Positions 37,980-50,996 of a stretch of DNA of 64,000 nt are shown piece by piece (position 1 is the stretch's first letter; each line of letters begins with the position of its first letter). Under the pieces are notes generated by a model. It was given only the letters and a program-made list of their open reading frames with translations, did not search any database and had not been told where the DNA came from. Both the position numbers and the translations under genes were made by a program. Source of the DNA: Octopus sinensis (taxonomy: Eukaryota); contig NC_043001.1 in the NCBI RefSeq assembly GCF_006345805.1, forward strand, positions 76,570,001-76,634,000, in the 5' to 3' direction.

Positions 37980-38430
37980 TTTCGGGTTTAGTTTCACTAC
38001 GTGACACCATGGGCAAGTGCCTGCTGCAATAGACTGGCCCGACTAAAACTGTGAGTAGATTTGGTATACGGAAACTGAAAGAAGCCAGTCTTGAGTGCAT
38101 ATGCACATACACATATATATATATATGTGTATATACATGTGTGTATAGAGATACACACACATATATATGTCTGTGTGCATGCGTACACATACACACATGT
38201 GTGTATGTGTGTACGTGTATCTATATGCTTGTGTTTGTGTTGGTCCCCTACCACCGCTTGACAGCCGCGTTGGTTTGTTTACCTCTCCATAACATAGCAG
38301 TTCTGAAAAAGAAACTGATAGAATAAACAATGGAGTCGATTCGTTCGACTAAAACCCTTCAAGGAGGTGCCCCAGAATGGCCGCAGTCCAATGACTGAAA
38401 CAAGTAAAATATAAATGATAAAAAGATAAA
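37980..38430 (+). mobile_element. SINE group B, diverged
   Basis: Both halves present around an internal (AT/GT) microsatellite. Confidence 0.8.
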
Positions 38431-38679
38431 GTGTGCTGAAGTGTCATAAAATGAACGAGCCGGAACCAATAAAATAAACTATTAAAAAATGATAAATCTT
38501 AACGATGTTTAATAGTTTGTATTTAAGTAGATGAACATAAAGTTTAGGCATTTAAATATGTGTGACTGCTTAAAAGGTTTCTGCTGAATTAAGTTTTGTG
38601 GGGGTTTTAACAGAATGCTACAACCATTATGAATATTGATTTTTAAACATTGGCATATGACTATATAGATAGTTTATGG

Positions 38680-39590
38680 GTTATGAATACAGCTAAAATA
38701 TACAACTTGATGTTACTGAAAACAATCACACACAAGATTGAGAAAATTTTTCGTGAGAATCGTAATGGCTTCCGTTCAAATGGAATAGATCAAGAATATT
38801 ACAAAACCCCGCAAGGTGTAACGGGGAAGAACATACCAACTATTCTACTTTTCGTTGGTTTCACAATAGACAAGGAGAGAAAATGAGAAAGACAGTGGTA
38901 GCTTCTGATATTCCTAGAGAAACTGTGAAACTGTGAATGCTATAATGATACTATATCAGAACACTGGAGCAAGAGTTCGTTCTGCAGAGGGAGGCACTGG
39001 CTTCTTTCATGTAACTACAAGGCGATACCCTAGCGCCACACCTTTCCTCACATGCCATCAAATGTACTAAGGAAAGCATTAAACTGAAAAAAAAAACAAA
39101 CTTAGGTTAGACTCTTTCACAGAAAAGAAAGTATAAGGTATCCTATCAAGAAAATTCCAGATGTAGATTATGTGACAATGTGGCAGTAATCTGTGATCAT
39201 ATGAAATGCCAATATCCTCCCACATCTGGAGAAAAAAAGCAAGTGAAATCGTATTATATATCAACGGTGCTAAAACAGAATGTATGTCTTACAACCAGGA
39301 TAGGACTGAAAGCTTGTACTATCTGTGAACGGAGAAGAAATAAAAAATGTGGAGACGTACAAATACTTCGGAAGTCATATCGCTAAATCCGAGAATGATA
39401 TGGAAATCAGGATTAGTAAAACATGCGGAGCGCTTAACTGTTTGGATAAGATATGGAAGTCTAATCTTCCATCAAAAACTAAAATAGACTACTTTAGAGA
39501 TATAGTTGAATAACACGGACACTTACAGCACCGATGAAGAAAACTCTATATGGCGTGTACACCAGAATGTTCCGTGAAGTTTTAAATATA
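38680..39590 (+). mobile_element. RTE-clade LINE reverse-transcriptase relic
   Basis: AKIYNLMLL..RENRNGFRS, QGDTLAP, DYV-D remnant, VNGEEIKNVETYKYFGS..EIRISK..IWKSNL, YTRMFR; many frameshifts. Confidence 0.88.
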
Positions 39591-39770
39591 GGTTTCTAAT
39601 TTTGACACAAGGGTAGCAATTTCGGGGGAAGTGGTTAAGTCGATTACATCGACCCCAGTTCTCAACTGGTACTTATTTTACCGATCCCGAAAGGATAAAA
39701 GGCACAATCGACTTCGGCGAAATTTGAACTCAGAACGTGAAGACGGACGAAATGCCGCTAAGTATTTTGC
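39590..39770 (-). mobile_element. SINE group A
   Basis: Standard body in reverse orientation. Confidence 0.85.
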
Positions 39771-39834
39771 GATCTTTGTGGTCGTGAATACAACAAATTA
39801 ACCATCGAGATTTTAATTTAGAAAGTAAGGTTCA

Positions 39835-40015
39835 TTAGCTCGCCGGACGATACGCTTAGTGGAATTTCTTCCGGCTTTACGTTCTGAGTTGAAATTTCGG
39901 CATGGTTGACTTAGCCTTTCATCCTTTCGAGGTCGATAAAATAATACCAGACAAGCACTGAGGTCCATGTAATCGATTTTCCCCTCCCCCCAAAATTTCA
40001 GGCCTAGAAAAAATT
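39835..40015 (+). mobile_element. SINE group A, head-to-head with the previous copy
   Basis: ctttacgttctgagttgaaatt..cctttcatcctttcgaggtcgat. Confidence 0.8.
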
Positions 40016-40854
40016 GAGAACGTAGGGTATATAACATAACATTGCAGGGTACTTTGACTGATGCACCGCCACTTCTATTATCAACATCTAAATGAGATTT
40101 CTAATACGGGGTGAAGGACACAAATAATACGACATATTTTAAAAAATACAGTTCAACCTAACTGCTCATTTAGTTTATAGAAACCGAAAAGAAGAGTGGC
40201 AAATCGGCACCGATAGAATTTGATTTCAGTACAAAGGGACGTTATTATATACCACAATGCAATTTTTTTCTGGCCCTCTTCCTCTTTAGCTGCTTGCAAG
40301 AACATACTGATTTTTATTATTTTGTGCCAGTTGAAATAAAGTATCAGCTGAATACTGGAGTTGAAGTAAAAATTGCTGGCTTGGTGCCAAATTTTGAGAT
40401 CTTTAATTTTGCGACAGACACTCACAAATTTATTGCGGAGAGAAACAGTGTTATTGAATTGGCCATTTTCAGTCTATATCGACTCTTGAAAGAGAAAGAA
40501 GATAAAAGTCAAGCACAAACGTAGTTGAATAACTACTGTCGTGGTGGTTTTTGTCGAGATGAAACTACTTTGTTGTTATATCTTCTGGTAACAATCCAAG
40601 AGTTCTACTATAACTAATCAATCAATCAATAAATCAATAAATAAACAGATCAATATATATTTGATGGTAACAGTAGAAACAGTAGAATGTCGAATGAAAT
40701 GAGTTGTATCCCATTACATCCGTAGTTCAGATACCGGCTGGGATCAACTTCGCCTTTCATCCTTCGAGGGAGGATAAAATACGATAAAAAGTACCAGTGA
40801 TATACGGAATCGATATCAATCAATCATAGTATTCCACTCTAAATGCGTGTTGTA

Positions 40855-41060
40855 ATACGGATTTCAAAATTTGACACAAGGCCAGTAATTTCGGGGGATG
40901 GAGAAAGGCGATTACATCGACCCCAGTACTCAACTGGTAGTTATTTTATTGACACTGAAAGTCGACCATGGCCGAATTTGAACTCAGAACGTAAATACAG
41001 ACGAAATGCCGCTAAGCATTTTGTCCAAGGTGCTAACAATTCTCCCACGTTACCCCTTAT
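40855..41060 (-). mobile_element. SINE group A
   Basis: Standard body in reverse orientation. Confidence 0.85.
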
Positions 41061-41084
41061 TGTATGCTGCAATATTTAAGGGTT

Positions 41085-41532
41085 GTGGAGTGGAGAACTG
41101 GCAGAATCGTTAGCATACTTGGCAAAACGCTTAGCTTCATCTCATCCGTCTTCCCGTGTTGAGTTCAAATTCCGCTACGGTCCACGTTACCTTTCATTTT
41201 ATCGGGGTCGATAGGGTATATACCAGTTGAGAACTGGGGTTGATGTAATTGACTTACCCCTCCCCCGAAATTGCTGGTCTTGTTCCAAAATTTTAAATCA
41301 ATATTAAAGGACTGAAATAAGGCTGCGAGCTGGCAGAGTCGTTAGCAAGCCAGGCGAAATGCTTAACGGTACTTCGTCTGACTTCACGTTCTGAGTTCAA
41401 ATTCCGCTGAGATTGAATTTACCTTTCATCCTTTCGGGGTGGTTAAAATAAGTAACAGTTGAGCACTAGGGTCGATGTAATCGGCTCATCTCCATCTTCA
41501 AAATTGCTGGCCTTGTGCCAAAATTTGTAATC
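41085..41532 (+). mobile_element. Two tandem SINE group A copies
   Basis: Heads near 41090 and 41320. The second is flanked by aatattaaaggactgaaata (41300-41319) and aatattaaatgatcgaaata (41533-41552). Confidence 0.88.
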
Positions 41533-41859
41533 AATATTAAATGATCGAAATAAACGATCATTCAATAGTCGAGTAGTGCAGTGGAAGAGTCGGTAAGGTG
41601 TCTCACTGACAGCAACGATAATCTCAGTTAATCGGTTAATGTCACTATAATACATGTGTAAAAGCTTGCCTCGCTCTTTCATAAAAGAAAACAAGCAACA
41701 AACAACACAATAAAAACAGAGTTTAGGCTTTATTAAACAAAATATTCGAAGTTAAAGGAAGGAAAAAAAACTGAAAATCCCCAAAATAGATATAAATTGT
41801 CAGTACACACAAACAGTGCCCGACCACACACACACACACACACAAAAGTGTGTGTGTGA

Positions 41860-42110
41860 AGACGCGTGTGCCCTAGTGGTTAGGCTGTTGCACTCGTGAT
41901 CGCTAGATAGTGGGTTCTATTCCCTGAATGGGCGGATTGTTGTGTTCTTGAGCAATATACTTCTTTTCATGATCACTAGAGGAGTATTGACCTGCTCATC
42001 TAGCCAACGGAGTGGCGTCGTCTGAAGGCTAAAACAATGCAAAAATGCTTTGTGACCAGCGACGTGTAACAACATCTGATAGCTTGGTCGGTCACGTGGT
42101 CACGTGATAT
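41860..42110 (+). mobile_element. SINE with group-C-type head and the gaaggctaaaacaatgc tail
   Basis: A box ctagtggttagg, gtgttcttgagcaa; tail shared with 56340-56420. Confidence 0.75.
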
Positions 42111-42239
42111 ATCTATATCTATCTATATATATATATATATCACGTGACCATATACATCTGTTTGTTTCCTACATCACCTGTCTTCGTCGTTTTTTTTTCG
42201 TGAATTCCCTCCTGTATATATATACATACATACATATAT

Positions 42240-42400
42240 ATATGGCTGTGCTGTAGGAAACTAGCTTCCCAACCACATGGTTCCGGGTTCAGTCCTACAC
42301 TGCTTGGCACCTTGAGCAAGTGACTTCTACTATAGCTTCGGGTTGACCAGACGCAAACTGAAAGAAGCCCGTCGTATATGTGTATATGTGTGTGTGTGTG

Positions 42401-42439
<39 letters not shown>

Positions 42440-42635
42440 TGCCACCGCTTGACAACTGGTGTTGGTGTGTTTACGTCTCTGTAACTTAGCGGTTCGGCAA
42501 AGAAGACCGATAGAATAGGTACTAGGCTTTAAAAAAACAAGTCTTGGGGCTGATTTGTTCTACTAAAACCCTTCAAGGCGGTGCCCCAACATGGCCACTG
42601 TCAAATGACTGAAACAAGTAAATAATAAAAGATAA
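42240..42635 (+). mobile_element. SINE group B
   Basis: As 29272-29630, with a deletion in the 5' half. Confidence 0.88.
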
Positions 42636-42974
42636 ATGATATATTTCGCTTAAGCATTTTGAGACTAATAACCTGGTTATGCTTCTGAAGAAAGTGTTAG
42701 ATGAGTATAGAGCGGTAATAAGAAAAAGAGATGACACAGGAAAAATAAAGGTTATGTTATGAATTTCATTGGGACCTGGGTTTCTGGAGACAGTTTCAAT
42801 GTATTCTTAAAATATAAAATAAGCTATGAAAAGTAGAGTTAAATATTTTACAAATTCAAATTAATACACTTCTGTTTGATATTTATTAATCAACTTAAAA
42901 TTTTTGTACACAGTAAAGAACAATACAGGTACAAATTTATACAGTTCTAAAGTAGAGTATGTCTAATCTTCATC

Positions 42975-43331
42975 ATTCCATTTTTAACACGCCGTATGTC
43001 TTTCATCCTTTCGGTGGTCGAGAAAATATGTTCTAGTTGAGCACTGTGACGATGTAATCGACTAGTTCCCTTCCTCAAAATATTAGGACTTGTGCCTATA
43101 GTAGAAAAAAATATTGGTTTCAAATTTTGACACGAGACCAGCAATTTCGAGGAAAGGGATAAGTCAATTACATCGACTCCGGTGTTCAACTGGTATTTAT
43201 TTTATTGACGTCCCCGAAAGGATGATAGACAAAATTGGCGCTGGCGGAATTTGAACTCAGAACGTAAAGACGGACAAAATACTCCCAAGCATTTTACCGG
43301 GCGTGCTAACGAATCTGCCGACTCGTCGCCT
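42975..43331. mobile_element. Tail-to-tail SINE group A pair (+ fragment, then - full copy)
   Basis: Junction ..tagtagaaaaaaatattggtttcaaattttgac.. Confidence 0.8.
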
Positions 43332-43679
43332 TCATTTCTGAAATTATTTCTGAAAAATTAAATAACTCCTATAATAATAATAAAAGATAGATAAAAAAAA
43401 AACTCGATTTAAAAGCAATAATTCCTTCGTTCTTTTGAGCCATTATCACTTTTTAATAAGAAATGTTTAAAGAAATTTAATGAAAATACTTAACAAAAAT
43501 TGATAATGAATAACAAAACTTCAATGATATTATATTGACATATTCGGAATATTTGATGTAAAATATGTTTAGTGAATAGTAGTAATGGCATCGATATTTA
43601 TCTGGAAATTAGAGTTTTTGTTTTAGATTACCATTCTTTCCCAAATTCAGCTCCCTAATTTTTCAGTACTCTTAATATT

Positions 43680-43992
43680 GGTTTCAAATCTTGGCACAAG
43701 GCCAGCATTTTCGGGGTGGGAGGAGGTAAGTCAACTACATTGACCCCTGTGCTCAACTGGCACTTAATTTATTGATCCCGAAGGGATAAAAGGCAAAGTG
43801 GGCCGCGGTGGAATTTGAACTGAAGGTGTGAAGACGGACGAAGTGCGGTTAAAGCGTTTTACCAGTTCTACCAGTTCACCGCATTTTTAAAAAGTTGCCT
43901 GCAGGCGGCTACGGAGAATCGAACGCCGTACTTCTCAGATACCGGCTGAGTGATCCGTACCATTAAGCTAAGCGGGGCCCCTGAGTAGCATC
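43680..43992 (-). mobile_element. Composite insertion: tRNA-like unit + SINE group A
   Basis: 9-bp TSD cttaatatt at 43671-43679 and 43993-44001, inside the repeat homologous to 35-350. Confidence 0.7.
43905..43977 (-). pseudogene. tRNA-like pseudogene (GGT at anticodon position, Thr-like)
   Basis: A box tagcttaatggta; anticodon stem ctcag/ctgag with 7-nt loop ccggtat; T arm cggcg-TTCGATT-ctccg; T5 about 11 nt downstream. Acceptor and D stems are broken and position 33 is C. Confidence 0.6.
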
Positions 43993-44797
43993 CTTAATAT
44001 TCCAAATCATTTCAGATGTTTATTGGCCCCTGGGACAGCCACATAGGCCCCACAACACCTAGGGGTCAATACTGAACACTTTACTGACCCCTTCGCTTAG
44101 ACATCAGTACATACTCGTATTGATATGGGGCCTAATCCTTCTGACAACAATTGTAAAACAAAGTGTTTGGACTAGAAAAACAACGAATCTTCCGAATCAA
44201 ATTCGAACTCGTGATACACGAATTAGTATCAGTTATATTCTGATACAGTAAACATACTAACATATCACTTTTATCGGAGATTCATAAAGTTTCATAGACA
44301 TGACGTCCCTGGCGCGTTTGTATGTAATTATACATACGTACATATATACATACATACATAATACATACATATATACATACATAATACATACATACATACA
44401 TACATACACGCACACACACACACATACACACGTATTTATATATAAATATATAGTATATATTCATATATATATTTATATATATATTTATATATACACACAT
44501 ACACTATGTATGTATGTATGTATGTATGTATGTATGAGTGTAGTAAGACGTTGGCAAAGCTCCTATGTTGGATTGCAGCTCTTTTTGTTAGCTCCGATGC
44601 AACGGAAATACTTAAATAGATAACACAAAGCACAGACTTATACATAAACACACACACACACACACACGTGTATTCACATATACAGGGGCGTGTGTACAGA
44701 CGTATAGTCGTATATATTCTTCGTACACATACAGATACGTTATGCATGTATTTTACCACGAGCGAAAGGATATAATTAAGTAGAAAACAGACGCACA

Positions 44798-44854
<57 letters not shown>

Positions 44855-45036
44855 TACATATACATACAACATATACATATATACAAATAACATACTAACA
44901 ATATATATACACACACACACACACACAAATATATATATACGTATATATGCACGTACACACATATATATACGTATATATGTATGCATACGCACATATGTCT
45001 AGGTGTGCGTTTTAAAGCTTGTATTTATGCACATAG

Positions 45037-45082
<46 letters not shown>

Positions 45083-45094
45083 TATATATATATA

Positions 45095-45626
45095 CTAGCA
45101 GTATCGCCCGGCGTTGCTCGGGTTTGTAAGGGAAATAACTATATAAGCATATTTAGAGAGTTATAGCAAAAAAATGCATTAAAAATGGAATAAAAAATGA
45201 TAATTTTTTTTTAAATCGTTGATTCAGTGTCTTCAAGCCATGAAGTCGTTGTTCTAAAAGAACGCTGGTCTCCTTGACAACGCATTACGACGTTGATTTC
45301 CTTACACTCCCTTCCCCACAGCTTCACGAGGGAGGGAAGAAGTGGAAGAAGCAAACACAGGTGCAGGTGTTTGAGCGTGGACGCCAACTCCGCCACCATC
45401 GACACACGAAAAATTATGCATTAAAATGGAATAAAAAATGATGTTAAATTATTTTAAAAATCGTAAACTCATCGTAGACGCGCGCTAATAGCCAGACGGG
45501 CTCGATATTAATCACGACTATAAGATACCCGAATTTGGTTAAACTGCACCGCAAAATGTGGGAGTAGTTAGGAATCTAAATCGAAGGGGACAGATACTCA
45601 CACAACTACAGTTTTATATATATAGA
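45095..45626 (-). mobile_element. Helitron family H1
   Basis: Same termini as 31293-31929, inverted. Confidence 0.9.
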
Positions 45627-46127
45627 CTAGCAGTATCGCCCGGCGTTGCTCGGGTTTGTAAGGGAAATAACTATATAAGCATTTTTTGAGAGTTACTTCC
45701 CTTATAAATTCGGGCTTTCTTAGCCATTTTTGTTTTGGTGTCTTCAAGCCATGAAGTCGTTGTTCTAAAAGAACGCTGGTTTCCTTCACAACGCATTACG
45801 ACGTTGATTTCTTTACACTCCCTTCCCCACAGCTTCACGAGGGAGGGAAGGGGAGAAGCAAACAGGTGCAGCTGTGAGCGTGGACGCCAACTCCGCCGCC
45901 ATCGACATACGATGCATTTTATGCATAAAATGGAATAAAAAATGATGTTAAATTATTTTTTAAATCGTAGACTCATCGTTGACGCGCGCTAATAGTCAGA
46001 CGGGCTCGATATGAATCACGACTATAAGATACCCGAATTTGGTTAAACTGCACCGCAAAATGTGGAGTAGTTAGGAATCTAAATCGAAGGGGACAGACAC
46101 TCACACAACTAGAGTTTTATATATAGA
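45627..46127 (-). mobile_element. Helitron family H1, head-to-tail with the previous copy
   Basis: Plus-strand junction ..tatatagA|CTAGcagtatcgcccgg.. Confidence 0.9.
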
Positions 46128-46132
46128 TATAT

Positions 46133-46264
<132 letters not shown>

Positions 46265-46522
46265 CTGTGTGCATAAAATACAAGCTTTATACATATATAT
46301 ATATACAGATATGTATGTATGTATTGTTTGTCCCACCACTATCGCTTGACAACCGATGTTGGTCTGTTTATGTCCCCATAACTTAACGATTCGGCAAAAA
46401 CGAGTGATAGAATAAGTACTGGACTTACAAAGAATAAGTCCTGGGGTCGATCTGTTCGACTAAAGACGGTGCTCCAGGATGGCCACAATAAAATGACTGA
46501 AACAAGTAAAAAAATAAAATAG

Positions 46523-46556
<34 letters not shown>

Positions 46557-47121
46557 TATATGTATGTGTGTGTATAAGTGTGTGTATATATATATATCAT
46601 TTATTACATAAGACACTTTGAGCTTTGGTGCCTCTTTAAATATTTTGTTATATTTACCACACATATACATTCGTATTCATGAACGTATGCGTACACTCGG
46701 GCTGTCAGCCAAGTGCACACACATATAAGCAGGCACATAAGCATATACGCAATCCCACCACTCCTACAACAGCCACAGTTAAGAGATTATTATATTTAAT
46801 CTTTAATCTGGGATTATTGTCGTCTGCGCCTTATCTTGTTAACAGTTAATCAATCGACAACTGTTTGCGCTAATATCAATATAGTGATAGCTAAACAGAC
46901 ACAAATGCACACAATTAGTCAGGATGAGCACGTTTCTATGATTGTTTACAATCCTTCTGGTGTTTAGATAATGTGGGCATAGATAGAAGACCAGAGACGG
47001 AATCAACATAAATCTGCTTGTGTGACGGCATCCATCTGTCGGTCTACCTTATCTGTCTGTCTGTCTGTCCGCCCGTCCGTCCGTCCATCTCTCCCCCTAT
47101 CTCTGTATGTATGTTTGTATG

Positions 47122-47170
<49 letters not shown>

Positions 47171-47229
47171 TATATATAAATAATATATAAATATATGCAT
47201 ATATATATGCATATATACATACATATATG

Positions 47230-47830
47230 TACATACCTGCATATATAAGTATATATATATATACATGCATATATGGACACAGGACATCAAAAAAACGTTG
47301 AACACAATGAGAAGCGGAAACATAAAAACAAAAACATAGAAACGAACTTTTTTTCAAACAACGAAAAAAAACCCCAGAGAAACGAGACATACAATGAATA
47401 TGCCCCTTCTTCAGTTGTCCCTGTTTTATCTACTCCGCGTTCGAAGATAAGAACAAGACGCGACTTCATTGAAGCAGTCCTTCCCGCAAAGCAAATTAAA
47501 TAAAATTCGGGATTTTTTGCGGTGGGTGAAAGTGATAACAAGAACAGGACAGTGGGAACAAAACATTAAAAACAATAAAAAAGTAAAAACAGTAAAAGAC
47601 AGAACAATGAGAACAAAGCAGTAAAAACAAACGATGAGGGTTGTTAAGCCAAGACGATGGAAAAATTATTCTGAACGTTTAAGGAGACAGCTTATGAAGA
47701 AACAGGATAAGCCCGTTTAGTCTTTGTGAAGGTAGTAGTCGGAAAGATGGATTCCCTCTCATCACGTGTCAGCGACGAGATAGTCGAGGAGGAGGAGGAG
47801 GAGTTTGAGAGAGGGAACGGTGAAGGGGAG
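47230..47830. repeat. Repeat family X, copy 2
   Basis: Colinear with 8870-9560. Confidence 0.7.
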
Positions 47831-48904
47831 AGGAGAAGAATAGGGAAATATATAAATATATATGGGTAGATAGATAGATAGGTCTATTTGTGTGTGTGAG
47901 TGTGTGTGTGCGCGCGTCCGATTCATATGTAGGTTTGTTAATCAAAGCACGAAAATAGAACTCAAAATATGTGTGTATATATATTTTTATTATCAATCAG
48001 CAGAAGTTACCGAGTGACTCAAGGGCCAAAAGTTTCGCACACACACGGGCACGCATATACACATAAACACACACACACACACACACACAATATTTTTTAT
48101 AGCTAACAAGGGAACAAGAAATTATATAATGGACTTCATTAGCTTACAGCTGTTTCTGCTACAAGATGCAACGTACTCATAACCGAGTTTTTGCGTTATG
48201 AGTGCATTGCAAAGGAAGTTCATTACATAATATCTTGTTCCCTTGTCATTTATTTCTTATTATTGCTCTGTACTCGACTTATCTTTTTGTTTTTGAAGCA
48301 TATTTATATTAAGTACTGACACCAGGTTATTAGTATCGATATGCCTAAATGATTGTACTTACTCTAGAAAAGATCAGATGAAGGCATACATGCGCACATG
48401 TGTATGTGTGTTTGTGTCTGTATGTGTGCGTGTGTGTGTGCGTGTTTGTGAGTGTATGTGTGTGCATGTACAAATATCTTTATTCACATATCTGTAAAAA
48501 TGTCTGTTTGATGAGTGGTGTTGTTTATAGCTTTCCTGATAAGATTGATGCACAGCCGACCATAATTCTTCCTGTCAGACGTATTTTATCTGCCGAGACT
48601 GATGCAGTGGAATGACCAAGATGTCTTATCTCATCTTACTTTCTACATTTCACAATGCATTATTACAGCCGCCTTCCCTTCCGTTGAACCATGAAGGTTT
48701 CTTCTGCACAGTCCGCCGGAACCAATCATCAATGCATAAATAGGCAAGCCCTAATACGCCAATCAAGCCGCAGAAGGGATCCTGACAGGAACTGCTATTC
48801 CAAATGAGAGGAGACCTGCAAACAATATTGGATAAGAAGTGTTCCACCCCACCCCAAACCCTGGAACTCTCGAACCGGGACTTCACTGCCAGATGCACTA
48901 CTAG

Positions 48905-49077
48905 GACATGAAGCTTGCTTCCCACCGACATGGTTCAAGGTTCAGTCCTACAGCGTAGCACTTTGGGCAAGTGTCTTCTACTATAGCCTCAGGCGCCGAC
49001 CAAAGCCTTGTGAGTGGATTTGGTATGCAGAAACTGAAAAAAGCCCGTCGAATATATATATATATTCGACGGGCTTT

Positions 49078-49082
<5 letters not shown>
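48905..49082 (+). mobile_element. SINE group B 5' half ending in a perfect 48-bp palindrome
   Basis: tgaaaaaagcccgtcgaatatatatatatattcgacgggcttttttca at 49035-49082. Confidence 0.88.
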
Positions 49083-49133
<51 letters not shown>

Positions 49134-49156
49134 CACACACCACACATATATATATT

Positions 49157-49227
49157 GGCCGGATAACTGAAGAAATGGCGGCGTGGGTTTCCGCCTCGAC
49201 ATCCGAAACTCGGAGTTTTATCATGCC
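49157..49227 (+). ncRNA. Type I hammerhead ribozyme relic (Penelope-like-element style)
   Basis: Stem I gataa/ttatc plus ggc/gcc; core CTGAAGA; GAAA; stem III ACTC-G-GAGT; GUU site at 49215-49217. Stem II is ggcgg/ccgcc plus atg/cat, but its base pairs are lost. Confidence 0.6.
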
Positions 49228-49256
49228 TGCCGAATAATTGTCACGTATTATATTTA

Positions 49257-49307
<51 letters not shown>

Positions 49308-49554
49308 GTGTGTGTGTGTTTGTAAAAAAATATTTTTACTTTGTATTGTATAGTTTTATTAAATATTACGATATTTTATCAACATTCCGAAAGTGCATCA
49401 TAAATTTCAAGTTCACTTTGGATGTTTAACATTTTATTTATTTATTGCTTCCAATCCGAACGTGCACGTATGGATACTCATCACAATATAGACGCATTGG
49501 AACTATACCCACCAAACATTAGACACGTATATTTATGGTGGTTGTTGACCCGAA

Positions 49555-50010
49555 GACGAACATGACCATCGCAGACAAATATTCTTATTTTAGAGGATAA
49601 AGACAATGGCTGTTAGCAATGGTCGTGCTGAAATTTAAAATCAATAACGACTTGCACAGTATTGCTAAGACTCACACCTATAAAGCCAAATAGTCCAGAC
49701 ACAAGCGAGAGCAAGATCTCCTGCTTCGCAATGAAGTGGATGTTAATTCTGAATTTCCTTTTTCTGGAGAGATGTCTAAACAAAGACTAGGGATCTCCCG
49801 CTCCCAGCTGTTAAGTGGCCGTTGACTCTACTGAGTTCATCCCTCTTTTGACACGTTTTGTTTTCGTCCTGTAGGGTACCCACCAAAAACTATCCTCGTT
49901 ACTAAGCGGGCTACGTAGGGTGGACAATTTTAGTTGCCGACGGTCTGACCATGCGATAGTTTGTACTGGGTTACACGATACCAATAACACTAGAGGTGAC
50001 TACCTGACAT
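49555..50010. repeat. Unclassified ~450-bp repeat, copy 2
   Basis: Homologous to 26690-27147. Confidence 0.75.
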
Positions 50011-50089
50011 AGCATGTGTGTGTTGTGTGTGTGTGCGTTTGTGCATGTGTGTGTGTGTGTGTGTATGTGTGCGTGTGTGTGTCTTTTAT

Positions 50090-50445
50090 CTTTTATTAGT
50101 AGTTTCAGTCATTTGACTGCGACCATGCTGGGGTACCACCTTGGAGGGTTTTAGTCAAGAAATCGAGCCCAGGACTTATCTTTTAAGCCTAGTACTTATT
50201 CTACCAGCCCCTTTTGCGGAACCACTAGGGCACATAAACACACCAACACCAGTTGTCAAGACACACACACACACACACACACATCAGATTCTTTTAGTTT
50301 CCGTCTACCAAATACACCCAGATGGCTCAAATCGGCCCGAGGCTATAGTAGAAGACACCTGCCTAAGGTGCCACGCAGTGGGACTGAACCTGGAACCATG
50401 TGGTTGGAAACAAGCTTCTTACCACATAATCACACCTGCCCACAT
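50090..50445 (-). mobile_element. SINE group B
   Basis: Both halves present in reverse orientation. Confidence 0.85.
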
Positions 50446-50898
50446 ACTCAAAATGTATACCCGTATATATAAAAACATAGTTATATAAAAACAGCGGTGG
50501 TGCCCCAGCATGGCCGCGGCCTTCGGGCTAAAACATTTTTAAGAATTTAAGGATTTATATGTAAACTCAGTGTCACCACTATCAAATAAAGACTAAATTT
50601 CAAGAGAACCAACAGTTGTGAAGAACTCATCGAAAATTTTACAGACGCGTATCGAGATTAATAAATTAATAAAGAATTGTACCGCCACAGCAAAAAAAAC
50701 CCAAAAAAACCCTCTTCAAATTATTATTGATGGTAAATCGTTGAGAACGAGTAGCTCATAAAACCTTTGGATATCTTTCGCACCATGTCTTTTGCAGCAT
50801 ACCTGCACAAGTGTGTTTCCCATAAATTTGTTTCCTTACAGAAAAAAATGGTTAGTTTTTAACATAATTTTCTACGAATTCAGATTTTTACCGCAAAG

Positions 50899-50937
<39 letters not shown>

Positions 50938-50938
50938 C

Positions 50939-50996
<58 letters not shown>

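Noticed and set aside
43905-43977. Functional tRNA-Thr(GGT)
   Set aside because: Acceptor and D stems do not pair and U33 is absent; kept only as a pseudogene.
48500-48931. Complex-looking block with short ORFs (possible Tc1 or gag remnant)
   Set aside because: All frames contain stops and no motif was convincing enough to assign.
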